Virus record (IMG/VR): IMGVR_UViG_3300032269_000528
Span: 1 to 49,292 of that record
Length of the DNA: 49,292 nt
Source: a virus
Lineage: Duplodnaviria; Caudoviricetes
Direction: 5' to 3' (one strand)
A program made the position numbers and the translations under genes. The notes beneath the pieces were generated by a model that was given only the letters and a program-made list of their open reading frames with translations, was not told the DNA's origin and did not search any database. Positions within the stretch are counted from its first letter, which is position 1. Every line of letters starts with the position of its first letter. Below are positions 1-8,779 of this stretch, one piece after another.

Positions 1-1018
1 GGGACTTAGCCGCCACCTTCAAAGTGCGCGTAATATGGGCTACCTGCTGCTCGCGGGAAACTTTGTTGTTAGAAGGCGAAATAAGCTGGGCGTAATCCAC
101 AAAAACAATATCCGGTTTCCGCAGGCGGCAGTGAGAAACGATCTGTTCGACCGTGATATAAGCCTGGTCTACCAGTTCCAAATTCATGCCCTTGCGCTGT
201 TCAATGTAGGTTTCGACGCGCTCCATTGTTTCGGCGGTCATCCGGCGTCCCATGATTTCTCCTTGAGGCGACCAGGAACCCGCAGCCAATAGCCTAGAGC
301 ATACTTCTACATCATCCATCTCCACGGAAAACACAATCGACTTGAATCCAAGCTCGGCGGCACCCAAGTTGATATTCAAACCCGCGTTGCTTTTGCCGTC
401 ACCGGGCCTGCCACCAATAATAATCATCTGACCCTTGTGGGCACCGCCATTCATTTTGGCGTTCAGTTCCACCCACGGTGTAGGAACAATCCCTACCGTA
501 GAGTTCTCAGACCAGTTTCTCCACTTATCGACCAGGGCATCCCACGTCAATCCCCGCCGCGTCGGCTGACCCAAGCCCTTGAACAAAGCGTCAGCGCTAG
601 CAAGTAAAAATTCCACGTCATCGGTGGTGGTGGCCTCGGTGGAACCCAGATCAATCAGGCTGCGACCAGCCTCAATGATCTGGCGTTGACGCCACCTGTC
701 ATACACCACACGGGCATACGAACCAGCGTTGATTCCGGTCGGGGTTGTCTCGGCAAGGGTCAACAGGTAAGGGGCACCGCCAATACGGACCAGCCCTTTG
801 CGACGGCCCAGTTCAGCCGCTACGGTAGCGGCATCAACCGGTTCGCCTTTGTTGACCAAATCAATCACCACATTAAAAATTACGCGGTGAGTGGGGTAGT
901 AGAAATGATCCTCTCTCAAAGTTTCCGCTACGGTAGAAATTGCCTGGTTGGAGATAAGCATAGAGCCAAGGGTGAACTGCTCTGCCATCTTATCGTTAGG
1001 TGGTTCGTTAGTTACCAA
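1..1018 (-). CDS. dnaB: DnaB-like replicative helicase (3' part runs off the window start)
   Basis: Not in the ORF track; translated by hand. N-terminal DnaB domain (EPPNDKMAEQFTLGSML...HFYYPTHRVIF...GEPVDAATV...GGAPYLLTL), Walker A GGRPGDGKS, FSVEM, Walker B IVFVDYAQL, and REQQVAHITRTLK. The TTG start at 1018 overlaps the upstream stop; ATG near 989 is an alternative start. Confidence 0.93.
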   Translation of the reverse strand, partial: MVTNEPPNDKMAEQFTLGSMLISNQAISTVAETLREDHFYYPTHRVIFNVVIDLVNKGEPVDAATVAAELGRRKGLVRIGGAPYLLTLAETTPTGINAGSYARVVYDRWRQRQIIEAGRSLIDLGSTEATTTDDVEFLLASADALFKGLGQPTRRGLTWDALVDKWRNWSENSTVGIVPTPWVELNAKMNGGAHKGQMIIIGGRPGDGKSNAGLNINLGAAELGFKSIVFSVEMDDVEVCSRLLAAGSWSPQGEIMGRRMTAETMERVETYIEQRKGMNLELVDQAYITVEQIVSHCRLRKPDIVFVDYAQLISPSNNKVSREQQVAHITRTLKVAAKS

Positions 1019-1680
1019 TCTAGTTCCTTCTGCAATCTCAGCAACCATTCCCGCTGAGCGGCGACCATGAATTCAGTAACTTCTCCCGCTGTTTTAAGAT
1101 GCAGCGGGGCACTCGGGTATTCAAACCAATATCCGAAACGCCTAAGCGGTGTTATGTCATTGGTTTCAAGCGCATCCCTGATAAGTTTATCAAGGTTATT
1201 GTTTTTGTTGGCCCTTATCGCATCAACAATGAGGAAGGGCAGCAATCCCACCGTTGCTTCCGGTTTGGCTCCCCAAATTTTTAACGCCTCAGTGATAACA
1301 TGCTTTTCTTGGCCTTCTTCCAGAAGCTCACCAACCTTGCTGATGAGGCTTCTTTCCACAGACTCGGGGTAGCGCCCACCGAATACGTCAAAGACCAGTC
1401 TGGCCGCTGTGGTCTTGGGGCGTGAATCTCCGTTGTGTTCGTCCCAATCGTGGAACGTGTAGCCGCCGGGAACTCTATCCAATAGTCCCGATTGAACAAG
1501 TTGATCGGTTTCTTCGTCGTGTTCCGTGAGCAACGGGCAGTCGTCGGGGATGAATCCTGACGTGCGGTTGTCCCTCGACCACGAAATCAGCAGCGTCCAC
1601 AATCCCATAGCGGCCAGTCCCGCTTCCCCTACCTTGGGGTGCTTGTGAAGGTGCCGGTGAATCCTACCCCAATCGGCCAT
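1012..1680 (-). CDS. putative replication initiator / helicase-loader-adjacent protein
   Basis: N-terminus (W..I...LHKHPKV..AGLAAMGLW...SWS...TSGFIP...LV.SGLLDRVPGGYTFHDW) resembles actinophage RepA-like initiators; lies directly upstream of dnaB. Confidence 0.6.
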   Translation of the reverse strand: MADWGRIHRHLHKHPKVGEAGLAAMGLWTLLISWSRDNRTSGFIPDDCPLLTEHDEETDQLVQSGLLDRVPGGYTFHDWDEHNGDSRPKTTAARLVFDVFGGRYPESVERSLISKVGELLEEGQEKHVITEALKIWGAKPEATVGLLPFLIVDAIRANKNNNLDKLIRDALETNDITPLRRFGYWFEYPSAPLHLKTAGEVTEFMVAAQREWLLRLQKELDW

Positions 1681-1878
1681 TTACGGGTACCTAACGTCGG
1701 ACTCCTTGACACACGTATAGGAGTAGATGGGCAGCCTAGATGTGAGCGAGCCGTAATCGACTTCGGGGTCGATAGCGATACGGCACATCACGTATACGCC
1801 AGAATGGCTGATGACTTCACCGGGACTTTCGTGACCGTCAAAAGTGACAATTACGTCGTCGCCCGATTTGAACTTCAA
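1681..1878 (-). CDS. hypothetical protein (small beta-barrel-like)
   Basis: 65 aa ORF tightly packed in the operon. Confidence 0.6.
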   Translation of the reverse strand: MKFKSGDDVIVTFDGHESPGEVISHSGVYVMCRIAIDPEVDYGSLTSRLPIYSYTCVKESDVRYP

Positions 1879-1890
1879 TGAAACCCCTTA

Positions 1891-2094
1891 TCAGAGTAGA
1901 ATGATTAAATCTGACTGGCGTTCCCAGGTGCAATACTCTCCCGGCCATTTGACGTAAGCCATAGCCGGTATGCCCTTACTGCTGGCAGTCACATGGGCAA
2001 CCACACCGTTAAACTCGCCGTGCTTGAGCCTAACCTTATCGTTAGGGTTCAACCTTGACTTCCCCGTCGTCCGTTTCGTCGTATGCCTCGTCAA
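1891..2094 (-). CDS. hypothetical protein
   Basis: 67 aa ORF with SH3-like spacing (DKVRLK..GVV...AYVKW); start uncertain. Confidence 0.5.
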   Translation of the reverse strand: MTRHTTKRTTGKSRLNPNDKVRLKHGEFNGVVAHVTASSKGIPAMAYVKWPGEYCTWERQSDLIILL

Positions 2095-2284
2095 TAAGTT
2101 GTTCTAAATCTAATCCATCACCAAGAATTGCGTTATCTAAATCAAGGATTGTTTTTCTCCACAATTCAGAAAACACTTCTTGACCAAGTAGGGTAAAGAT
2201 TTTTTCGATCAGAACGTCACGGCCAATTATCATGGCCTGCAACTCAAGATTGGTTGCGTATTTCTCTGTTCTTTCTTTGCTCAT
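2042..2284 (-). CDS. hypothetical acidic protein
   Basis: ATG at 2284 overlaps the upstream TGA (ATGA); MSKERTEK... Confidence 0.6.
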   Translation of the reverse strand: MSKERTEKYATNLELQAMIIGRDVLIEKIFTLLGQEVFSELWRKTILDLDNAILGDGLDLEQLIDEAYDETDDGEVKVEP

Positions 2285-2547
2285 TCTTCCTCGCGTTCGT
2301 AGGTGCCGGGAAGCGCCCAGCAGGGATAAGCGCGGCCAGCCGGAACAAGGCCAACGGATTGCGGCAATACGCAATATCTTCCTTTGACGTGGGAGCCGTC
2401 CCGGTGTTTGTCAAAAGCGGTGATACCGGTGAACGTTTCGTGGCAAGCGGAACAGTGTCCTGTCAGGTATCCGTTCCACCGGGCAGGGCACCGGGGGCAG
2501 CCGTGCTGTCCCGTAGTGACTGCTAATTCGTACTGTTCAACTTCCAC
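2281..2547 (-). CDS. FDxHR-type zinc-binding phage protein
   Basis: CPRC...HCSACHETF....AFDKHR....C motif pattern. Confidence 0.7.
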   Translation of the reverse strand: MEVEQYELAVTTGQHGCPRCPARWNGYLTGHCSACHETFTGITAFDKHRDGSHVKGRYCVLPQSVGLVPAGRAYPCWALPGTYEREEE

Positions 2548-2855
2548 TCAATCTCTCCGTTGTCTGTGAGAAGTGCCCATGCGGTGCGTTGGTAGAAAAC
2601 ATATATATCACACGGCTGCTGCCACGGCCTGACATGCCAACCAAACTCCCCAGCCGTGTCAGGATTTTCCTCAACCCAGCCATGACAGCCGGTGGTTCCA
2701 CTGCCGCAGAGCATGACGCAGTTCTCCGGTGCCCATGCGCCTCCCTGGCTGCGTTTCTTGCGGTGGTGGAGGGTTAGACCGGTTTGCCGTCCGCAGCGCT
2801 CACAGCGGCCACCACAGCGCTGCTTGATGGTCTTGCGGCATTTATCGGGAGACAT
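2523..2855 (-). CDS. HNH endonuclease
   Basis: CERCG...LHHRKKRSQGG...NCVMLC......CHGWVE. Confidence 0.85.
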   Translation of the reverse strand: MSPDKCRKTIKQRCGGRCERCGRQTGLTLHHRKKRSQGGAWAPENCVMLCGSGTTGCHGWVEENPDTAGEFGWHVRPWQQPCDIYVFYQRTAWALLTDNGEIEWKLNSTN

Positions 2856-2891
2856 ACAACAGCCATGCGGAGTACACGTACACCACGGTCA

Positions 2892-3263
2892 TCACATAGA
2901 GGCAAAAAAGCTGACCGGGATCACTTCATCGGCGCTTTCCACTGCCGTAGCCCACGTCGCTCCATCGTCCTGTAAAGACTGTGCGGTAGACAACCAATCC
3001 ACATGTTCATTGGAAAGACCGAAACCCAGTTCGTCATTCAGCACAACCACACCGCCCACATTCATGGAAGTGGATTCGATAGTCGCGTTAATCAAGCCAA
3101 GGTTCCATGCCGCGCACCCGACAAGGCAGGACGGCTGCCCCTTATGGACGTACCGGCACGGTGCTGGACCGCCACCGAATGCTGGCCGGTCATACACAAA
3201 GTTGGGGCGTTCATTAGCGAGGCGACGAACCTCATTAATTAGTCTTTCACCGATATCATCCAT
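2892..3263 (-). CDS. hypothetical protein, paralog of 4645-5058
   Basis: GGAGG RBS before ATG 3263; C.YV..G.PSC..G and W.TAV..AD motifs are shared with 4645-5058. Confidence 0.75.
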   Translation of the reverse strand: MDDIGERLINEVRRLANERPNFVYDRPAFGGGPAPCRYVHKGQPSCLVGCAAWNLGLINATIESTSMNVGGVVVLNDELGFGLSNEHVDWLSTAQSLQDDGATWATAVESADEVIPVSFFASM

Positions 3264-3612
3264 GCTTACCTCCGGTATTGTATTCAAGCATAATTAATTT
3301 AGCTTCCGTCTGTAGGGCAGACAATTTCTTTTCCAAAAATCCGGCCAAGTCACGGGCGTAAGTGTGGGCCACGTCAGCGGTGTCCATCACCTTCCACAAC
3401 TCTTTCACTTCTTCGTTCTTTGTGGCCTTGTCGTCCCGGTCATTATAAGTACCGGGCATATACTCTTGCCTCAAATTGGCTTTAGCCTCAGTGTGGGCGC
3501 GTTTCGCATCCAGGTGGGACTGGCGTGCTTCGGCCACTACCTTAGCGGCTTTTTCTAACCGGCTTACCGTGGCACGCATTTCTGCGGCAATATCTTCCGG
3601 TGTCCAAGTCAC
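3256..3612 (-). CDS. hypothetical coiled-coil protein
   Basis: 118 aa helical ORF with overlapping start/stop packing. Confidence 0.7.
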   Translation of the reverse strand: MTWTPEDIAAEMRATVSRLEKAAKVVAEARQSHLDAKRAHTEAKANLRQEYMPGTYNDRDDKATKNEEVKELWKVMDTADVAHTYARDLAGFLEKKLSALQTEAKLIMLEYNTGGKHG

Positions 3613-3770
3613 GATATCTCTATCCGAACGGCATCGAACCCGCGATCATCGGCAGCCATAACAACTTTGAGCAGCTTGCTATCGCCATATTCCAGTAAGG
3701 CATTTCTTAGATCGCCCAGATTGACGCAAGTTCCGGTTAATTCTATGAACGTTTTCTTAACAACTTTCAT
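3609..3770 (-). CDS. hypothetical protein
   Basis: GGAGGG RBS and ATG at 3770 overlapping the upstream stop. Confidence 0.6.
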   Translation of the reverse strand: MKVVKKTFIELTGTCVNLGDLRNALLEYGDSKLLKVVMAADDRGFDAVRIEIS

Positions 3771-4090
3771 ATTGCCCTCCACTGCATAGTGCGAGTCAAA
3801 GTCATAAAAAAGGTGCCGCATACTTCGCACACAATGTATCCGTTGCCTTCAATGGCGGCAGAAATAACAATTTCCCAGAGCCTTCTGTGGTCTGGGCATG
3901 TAACGTATAGGGTACAGTTGTGGAAAGAAACTAGCCATTGAGCGTAACTGTTGCAATCTGGGCTTCCGTTGCATTGCAATAACGGCATTTCACTAAGATC
4001 GTTAAGGTACTTGTACCAGTCCTCGGCGGTAATCTCGGGAAATTTATTTACCCATTTTTGGTTACGCCCAGACCTTTCATCCTGTCCCAC
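3767..4090 (-). CDS. Cys-rich putative zinc-binding protein
   Basis: C....DC, HNC, CPDH and CEVC motifs. Confidence 0.6.
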   Translation of the reverse strand: MGQDERSGRNQKWVNKFPEITAEDWYKYLNDLSEMPLLQCNGSPDCNSYAQWLVSFHNCTLYVTCPDHRRLWEIVISAAIEGNGYIVCEVCGTFFMTLTRTMQWRAI

Positions 4091-4652
4091 TGGTCACATC
4101 GGTAACTTCAACTGGGGGCACAACAACAATATCCCCGGTGCCCACCAAGGCAACAAAAGCGTGTAGGTCATCGTCGCTGGCCTGCCGGGGATGGACACCG
4201 AACTTTTTGGTAAAAGCATCAGCGCAATCATTAAGCGGCAATCCGCGTTCCTGAGCCATCTTCAAGAACGCGACGGTGCCGGTGGAGTGGCCGTCAGACT
4301 GTACGGGAGCGGCTGTACGATTGCGGACTTCCTCGCGGCTCGCAATCTTCTTTGCGGTGGAAGCACCCACTGCAACAACCGCACGGCCCCAGGCCGCAGT
4401 CTCGGCATTCTGTAGCTCAGAGTCTCTGGTGTAGGGAGTTTTGCCGGGGATAAATTCATAAGCCAAGCCCGTTCCAGGGCGCGGGTCATCAGGATAACGA
4501 AAAGCGTAACCCTTAACCACTACGCAAGAGCGTCCATCAACCTCGGTGAAATTACATTCCGACTGCAACGTACCATCAGGATGCTTCTCATGGAATTCCT
4601 TGATCCGTTCAGCGACCTCATTGTAGTCACTCAAATCAGGTGTCTTAGCCAT
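4077..4652 (-). CDS. putative single-strand annealing / recombination protein (Rad52/Sak-like)
   Basis: DY..VAERI.EF...HPDG.L...; ELQNAETAAWGRA motif; close to the exonuclease gene. Confidence 0.55.
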   Translation of the reverse strand: MAKTPDLSDYNEVAERIKEFHEKHPDGTLQSECNFTEVDGRSCVVVKGYAFRYPDDPRPGTGLAYEFIPGKTPYTRDSELQNAETAAWGRAVVAVGASTAKKIASREEVRNRTAAPVQSDGHSTGTVAFLKMAQERGLPLNDCADAFTKKFGVHPRQASDDDLHAFVALVGTGDIVVVPPVEVTDVTSGTG

Positions 4653-5058
4653 CCTCGCCACTCCCTAAGCTAGTAAAAAGCTGTGCCATTGTATCATCAG
4701 CGTTCTTTACTGCCGTAGCCCACGGCAGCGCCTCATCCTGACCCTCTTGCACCCACCCCAGCCAATCCCACTCAGACGAATCAAGGTCATCCAATTCGGG
4801 GATAAACCGGTCAAGCCAACCGCGAGCAAAAGCAGACTGATTAGCTCCCGTAGCTTTCTCAAAAGTCTCATCAATCAAATCAAGCATCCACAAAGCGTGT
4901 CCCAGAATGCAGGAAGGGGCACCACCGTATACATAAAAACATGTCGAAACCGGCTTGCCGTAATTATCGCAAACACAAGGCTTACGGTAAATAAATTTCG
5001 GCTTCTTTGCCACGATCTTCCTGACCTCGGCAATAATTTCCTGACCAATTTCGCTCAC
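4645..5058 (-). CDS. hypothetical protein, paralog of 2892-3263
   Basis: IG..II.EVR, F.Y..P, CFYVYGGAPSCILG, Q..QD....WATAV..AD. Confidence 0.75.
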   Translation of the reverse strand: MSEIGQEIIAEVRKIVAKKPKFIYRKPCVCDNYGKPVSTCFYVYGGAPSCILGHALWMLDLIDETFEKATGANQSAFARGWLDRFIPELDDLDSSEWDWLGWVQEGQDEALPWATAVKNADDTMAQLFTSLGSGEDG

Positions 5059-5900
5059 AACTTCACCAACTTCTCCATCTTGCGTGCCTCACGAACCCTA
5101 TACGATAGCTCCGCATTAGCCCATCCCGTTTCCAAATCAAGCAAGTAAAGATCGCAGCGGGGCGTGCCGCCAGCGCGAATGGGGCAGTGAATGAGAATGC
5201 CTTGCTTCTGATCGCAGTCCTCGACAGGCTCGCGGCTGCCGGTTTCCTGGTCATAGATGACACTGTGGGCACCGATAGCGACCTGCACGGTGACCTTGAG
5301 GGGAAAGTCCGGTTCTGAGCTACCGGTTTTAAGGTCGGCGCACACGATCTGGCCGGTCTTTCGGTGACGTAAATACCTGTCCGGTGATCCCGCCACCTTG
5401 AGGGGATCGCACACCACGAACGGTTCGACGTACAACGGTACCCAGTCCTGCATCGCTAGCTGATACTCTAAAAGCCATTTAGCCATATGGTCGGGAACGT
5501 ACTCTGTTTTCATGCCCCGGTCATAACATTCAGTTAGACCGTGAAATGCGGTGCCCTCCCCGGCGGCTTCGTCGCTACCACCGGCCTCTTGGGCTTTGCG
5601 AACCAGTTCTTTGAGAGGTTTTTTGCCCTCCGGTACAGCCCACGGATCGTCAAAGGCCGACACCAGATGGGATATCTGGGAGTGGATGGAGCGGGACTTA
5701 ACCATGCCGATCATTGCCCTTGCCGCCACCCAGTCGATAAGACCGCCGCTGTCGTCCAGGGTTCCTGCCATTGTAGACATTCTTGTATACGCTATAGCGT
5801 TAACTGGGGTTTTCTTTCCCTTGACATACTCAAGAGGCTTCCCGTCCTGGGAAACGTAAGGCCGGTTCCAGTAATCTCTGGCAACAGAATAGTCGGTCAT
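5055..5900 (-). CDS. PD-(D/E)xK exonuclease (RecB/Cas4-superfamily phage exonuclease)
   Basis: GTAFH...E, YVEPFV, AGSPDR, ADLKTG, Q-VAI motif order. Confidence 0.85.
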   Translation of the reverse strand: MTDYSVARDYWNRPYVSQDGKPLEYVKGKKTPVNAIAYTRMSTMAGTLDDSGGLIDWVAARAMIGMVKSRSIHSQISHLVSAFDDPWAVPEGKKPLKELVRKAQEAGGSDEAAGEGTAFHGLTECYDRGMKTEYVPDHMAKWLLEYQLAMQDWVPLYVEPFVVCDPLKVAGSPDRYLRHRKTGQIVCADLKTGSSEPDFPLKVTVQVAIGAHSVIYDQETGSREPVEDCDQKQGILIHCPIRAGGTPRCDLYLLDLETGWANAELSYRVREARKMEKLVKL

Positions 5901-5909
5901 AAATCCTTC

Positions 5910-6182
5910 TCATTGGCAGTCGGCGCATTCGCACACCGGCAAAGGCGAATTACTGGATTTCCAGTCTGTAACGTAGCGCGTGATACTGGCGTGCGGGTAC
6001 CCGGCGTTTTCACCAAGGATTTCCCTTTTCAAGCCAAGCTCTTTAATAACAGCATCAGCCATAGACTCTGGGGTTATCCATCCCCGCGACCTCATCTGCT
6101 TCCGCAAGACAGCGGCCATAGCCGCGTGCAAATCGTTACTCTGGTTTCCAGTCGGTGATGTATCGGTACTTGATTTTTTCAT
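5910..6182 (-). CDS. hypothetical protein, 'AVI.ELGL...RYVTDW' family copy 3
   Basis: MADAVIKELGLKRE...TRYVTDWK; the true start is probably downstream of 6182. Confidence 0.7.
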   Translation of the reverse strand: MKKSSTDTSPTGNQSNDLHAAMAAVLRKQMRSRGWITPESMADAVIKELGLKREILGENAGYPHASITRYVTDWKSSNSPLPVCECADCQ

Positions 6183-6378
6183 TTCCCCACGCTTTCAGTT
6201 CTTCTCTGCTATCAGCTAGGACGCCAGAGTCCTCATCATCTAGCGCACCCCACTCTAGGCGCAGGCCAAGCTCACGAACAATAACCTCTGATAGATAATC
6301 AGATAGTGTTACGTCCTCGTCGTCATAGTCGAGGGCATCGTAAATGATTTCTTCAATTAGTTTACGGAGTTCAATCAT
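6136..6378 (-). CDS. hypothetical protein, 'AVI.ELGL...RYVTDW' family copy 2
   Basis: SEVIVRELGLRLE...YRYITDWK. Confidence 0.75.
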   Translation of the reverse strand: MIELRKLIEEIIYDALDYDDEDVTLSDYLSEVIVRELGLRLEWGALDDEDSGVLADSREELKAWGNEKIKYRYITDWKPE

Positions 6379-6593
6379 CGTGACACACCCTTAATCCTTT
6401 TTTGATAATCCACAATACCCTCCCACTTAGTGCCGCAGCCTGCTTTGCAGCACCACATTCCTTCGTCACCGTATTCAAAGGTGAGCATCCATACACCGGC
6501 TGAGTGTGTGCAGCAGTCGGGGCATGGCTGGCCGTGGTTCTCGTCATACCGCCACACCCCGGTGCCCTGGCAGCGCCGACAGGGTTCACTCAT
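6375..6593 (-). CDS. small Cys-rich zinc-finger protein
   Basis: CRRCQGTG...CPDCC...CCKAGC. Confidence 0.65.
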   Translation of the reverse strand: MSEPCRRCQGTGVWRYDENHGQPCPDCCTHSAGVWMLTFEYGDEGMWCCKAGCGTKWEGIVDYQKRIKGVSR

Positions 6594-6807
6594 TAACTAT
6601 CCAATCGGTGACGTATCGGTGCGCGGCTGGCTCAATACTGTCGTAGGTAGTGAAAGTGGAGTCTTGACGCTTGAGTCCTAGTTCGCGGATCACCGCATCA
6701 GCAAGAGTTAAACAATCTTCATCCCATGAATACTCGGAAGTCAGTTGCGTCCACTGCGTTTGTAGAATATCTACAATACGGGTGCGGAGGTCATCGCTCG
6801 ACAACAC
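6586..6807 (-). CDS. hypothetical protein, 'AVI.ELGL...RYVTDW' family copy 1
   Basis: LADAVIRELGLKRQ...HRYVTDWI. Confidence 0.75.
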   Translation of the reverse strand: MLSSDDLRTRIVDILQTQWTQLTSEYSWDEDCLTLADAVIRELGLKRQDSTFTTYDSIEPAAHRYVTDWIVNE

Positions 6808-6928
6808 GGTACACTTCCCAAAACAAGGGAAGGTGACGGCCAGAATTAGGAACCGCCGTAGCCTCGGGGATATCTGTGATAGTCTCAGTTTCGGCTAACT
6901 TTGTGTTTTCTTCTTTTACATCACTCAT
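6791..6928 (-). CDS. small hypothetical protein (45 aa)
   Basis: Hand-translated MSDVKEENTKL...WEVYRVVER; fills the gap and overlaps both neighbours. Confidence 0.45.
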   Translation of the reverse strand: MSDVKEENTKLAETETITDIPEATAVPNSGRHLPLFWEVYRVVER

Positions 6929-7157
6929 CGAAATCACGCATCCCTTTGCAAATGTGGCATTTCGCGGCCTCTAAAAGACCAAGAACTTCGACAGAATTGT
7001 AGGTTTGCGGGGTTTGAATTCGTATCGCCATGCGACCATCCTCGTCAATGACCCTTGACAAGCGAACCTCTAAAGTAACAAGTGGCTCATTGCTCATCGC
7101 CACCACACAGTGTGAACCACCATGCCCGTGCAAACAGCCAAAAGAATACACACCCAC
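6921..7157 (-). CDS. hypothetical protein
   Basis: Likely start at MSNEPLVTL; ends with VEVLGLLEAAK. Confidence 0.6.
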   Translation of the reverse strand: MGVYSFGCLHGHGGSHCVVAMSNEPLVTLEVRLSRVIDEDGRMAIRIQTPQTYNSVEVLGLLEAAKCHICKGMRDFDE

Positions 7158-7166
7158 CAGGCAACA

Positions 7167-7394
7167 CTATCCATCATCGTCCCTTTCGTAACACCATTCC
7201 CATTCGGGATCAAGAACAATTTCCCGCCACGCAAAATAACGAGCCAAACCGCCGGGAGCAAATAACTCACACGCTATAGCATTTTTTGTGGCCTCAGTGT
7301 GCGCTTCCGGCAAAGTGCGATAGCGGTCATGCCACGCCCTGCCGTCATACACTCGCCACTCGCCCATGCGGAAACGTACAGACCAACGGTTCAT
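7167..7394 (-). CDS. hypothetical Trp-rich protein
   Basis: MNRWSVRFRMGEWRVYD; ATG overlaps the upstream TGA. Confidence 0.6.
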   Translation of the reverse strand: MNRWSVRFRMGEWRVYDGRAWHDRYRTLPEAHTEATKNAIACELFAPGGLARYFAWREIVLDPEWEWCYERDDDG

Positions 7395-7474
7395 CGTATC
7401 ACCACCCACAGGGCAAAAGAAAACGTTGTCCCAGCAAACAAGCCGACAATCAATTCCTGAAAAAAGTATTTCAC
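7391..7474 (-). CDS. 27-aa single-pass membrane peptide
   Basis: Hand-translated MKYFFQELIVGLFAGTTFSFALWVVIR; stop overlaps the next ATG. Confidence 0.45.
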   Translation of the reverse strand: MKYFFQELIVGLFAGTTFSFALWVVIR

Positions 7475-7490
7475 TTTTCCCACCCCGCCG

Positions 7491-7832
7491 TCACATAGTG
7501 GTGAGATTGCGGTGATCGTAAGCGGGGCACAAATCTTCCACCGCAATCACAACGAACTGGCGTGCATCAGGCAGGCTCAGTTGACTGTTCTGATATATGT
7601 TCTCGGCTACGATTTCGCCGTTCATAAAAGGGTTAGACAGATCAGTGCAAATACTGAATCCTGCCTCAAGAAAAGCTGAATCGCCACGGCTGACGTTAAC
7701 GAAACCGGCTTCATGTATGTCCGACAAAAATGAGCTAGTGTCGGCCTTAGCCGGATATGCCAGCCACAAAGATGTTGTGACTAAAGTTCCGGTCAGAACT
7801 CCGACACCGATTTCCTTAATCCACTTCTTCAC
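7491..7832 (-). CDS. DUF732-family secreted protein
   Basis: Signal peptide ending PAKAD; FL..IHEAG, G.SIC..L, A.QFV..AV..LCP pattern typical of mycobacterial DUF732. Confidence 0.85.
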   Translation of the reverse strand: MKKWIKEIGVGVLTGTLVTTSLWLAYPAKADTSSFLSDIHEAGFVNVSRGDSAFLEAGFSICTDLSNPFMNGEIVAENIYQNSQLSLPDARQFVVIAVEDLCPAYDHRNLTTM

Positions 7833-8779
7833 TTCTGTTCCTCCTGGTTGGTTATTGATGCCTCAATCTTATCAGACACATCGGGATTATCCAAGAGGAA
7901 CAGGCGAGCATTTTCTTTGCCCTGTCCCAGCTTGATATCGTCAAAAGAAAACCATGAACCCGATTTTTTAGCGCCAAGCTCTATCAATTCAGACTCGCGG
8001 GAAATGCCACAACTATACAGGATATCAAATTCTACTACCTGCTCTGGTGGCCCCACCTTGTTTTTCTTGATCTTAGCTTTTGTTCTATTACCTACAGGAT
8101 TATCGCCTGATTTGAGGGTTTCGATTCGTCGTACATCAACGATCTGCCAGCAGTAAAACCCTAAAGCCTTACCACCGGACACCACTTCACCGGCATACGG
8201 GCCGATACCCTGCCGTACCTGATTAATCCAGATGACCAGGCAGTTGTTTTGGGCTGCCGGTGCCGTCAGTTTCCGGCAGGCTTGCCCTAAAAGTCTGGCC
8301 TGCCTACCAACGTGACTATCACCCATATCGCCTTCGACTTCGGCGCGGGGCGTCAGCGCTGCCACCGAATCAATCACCAGCACCGACACGTCACCAGATC
8401 GGATCAGCCGTTCAGCGATTTCTAAGCCGTTCTCAGCGGTGTCCGGTTGGCACACCAACAGATCGTCGGTGTTCACCCCTAGCAGCTTGGCCCTGTCGGG
8501 GTTGTAGGCGAACTCGGCGTCAATGAATGCACACAACTTGCCTGTCATCTGTGCATTCGCCACGGCGTGCAGGGCCACGGTGGTTTTTCCGCTGCTGTAT
8601 GGCCCGTACACCATGACGTGTGCCCCAAGGGGGAATCCGCGACCGCCCAAAGCGCGATCCAAAGCAATTGATCCCGTAGACACCCAATCGGTAGGGACGA
8701 AATCGTCGTCGCTGCCCCGGCGAACCGTGCCAGCCCCAAATGCTTTGTCGATCCCGCTAAGGGCTTCGTCAATCCCCAT
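7829..8779 (-). CDS. recA: RecA recombinase (phage-encoded)
   Basis: STGSIALDRALG, Walker A GPYSSGKTT, FIDAE, VIDSVAALTPRAEVEGDMGDSHVG.QAR, INQ, GGKAL.FY, KNKV.PP, GQGKENA; no intein. Confidence 0.97.
   Translation of the reverse strand: MGIDEALSGIDKAFGAGTVRRGSDDDFVPTDWVSTGSIALDRALGGRGFPLGAHVMVYGPYSSGKTTVALHAVANAQMTGKLCAFIDAEFAYNPDRAKLLGVNTDDLLVCQPDTAENGLEIAERLIRSGDVSVLVIDSVAALTPRAEVEGDMGDSHVGRQARLLGQACRKLTAPAAQNNCLVIWINQVRQGIGPYAGEVVSGGKALGFYCWQIVDVRRIETLKSGDNPVGNRTKAKIKKNKVGPPEQVVEFDILYSCGISRESELIELGAKKSGSWFSFDDIKLGQGKENARLFLLDNPDVSDKIEASITNQEEQK

Noticed and set aside
5055-5900. Exonuclease as evidence of a CRISPR-Cas (Cas4) system
   Set aside because: No repeat-spacer array or other cas genes were seen and the Fe-S cysteine pattern is not evident; it is an ordinary phage PD-(D/E)xK nuclease.
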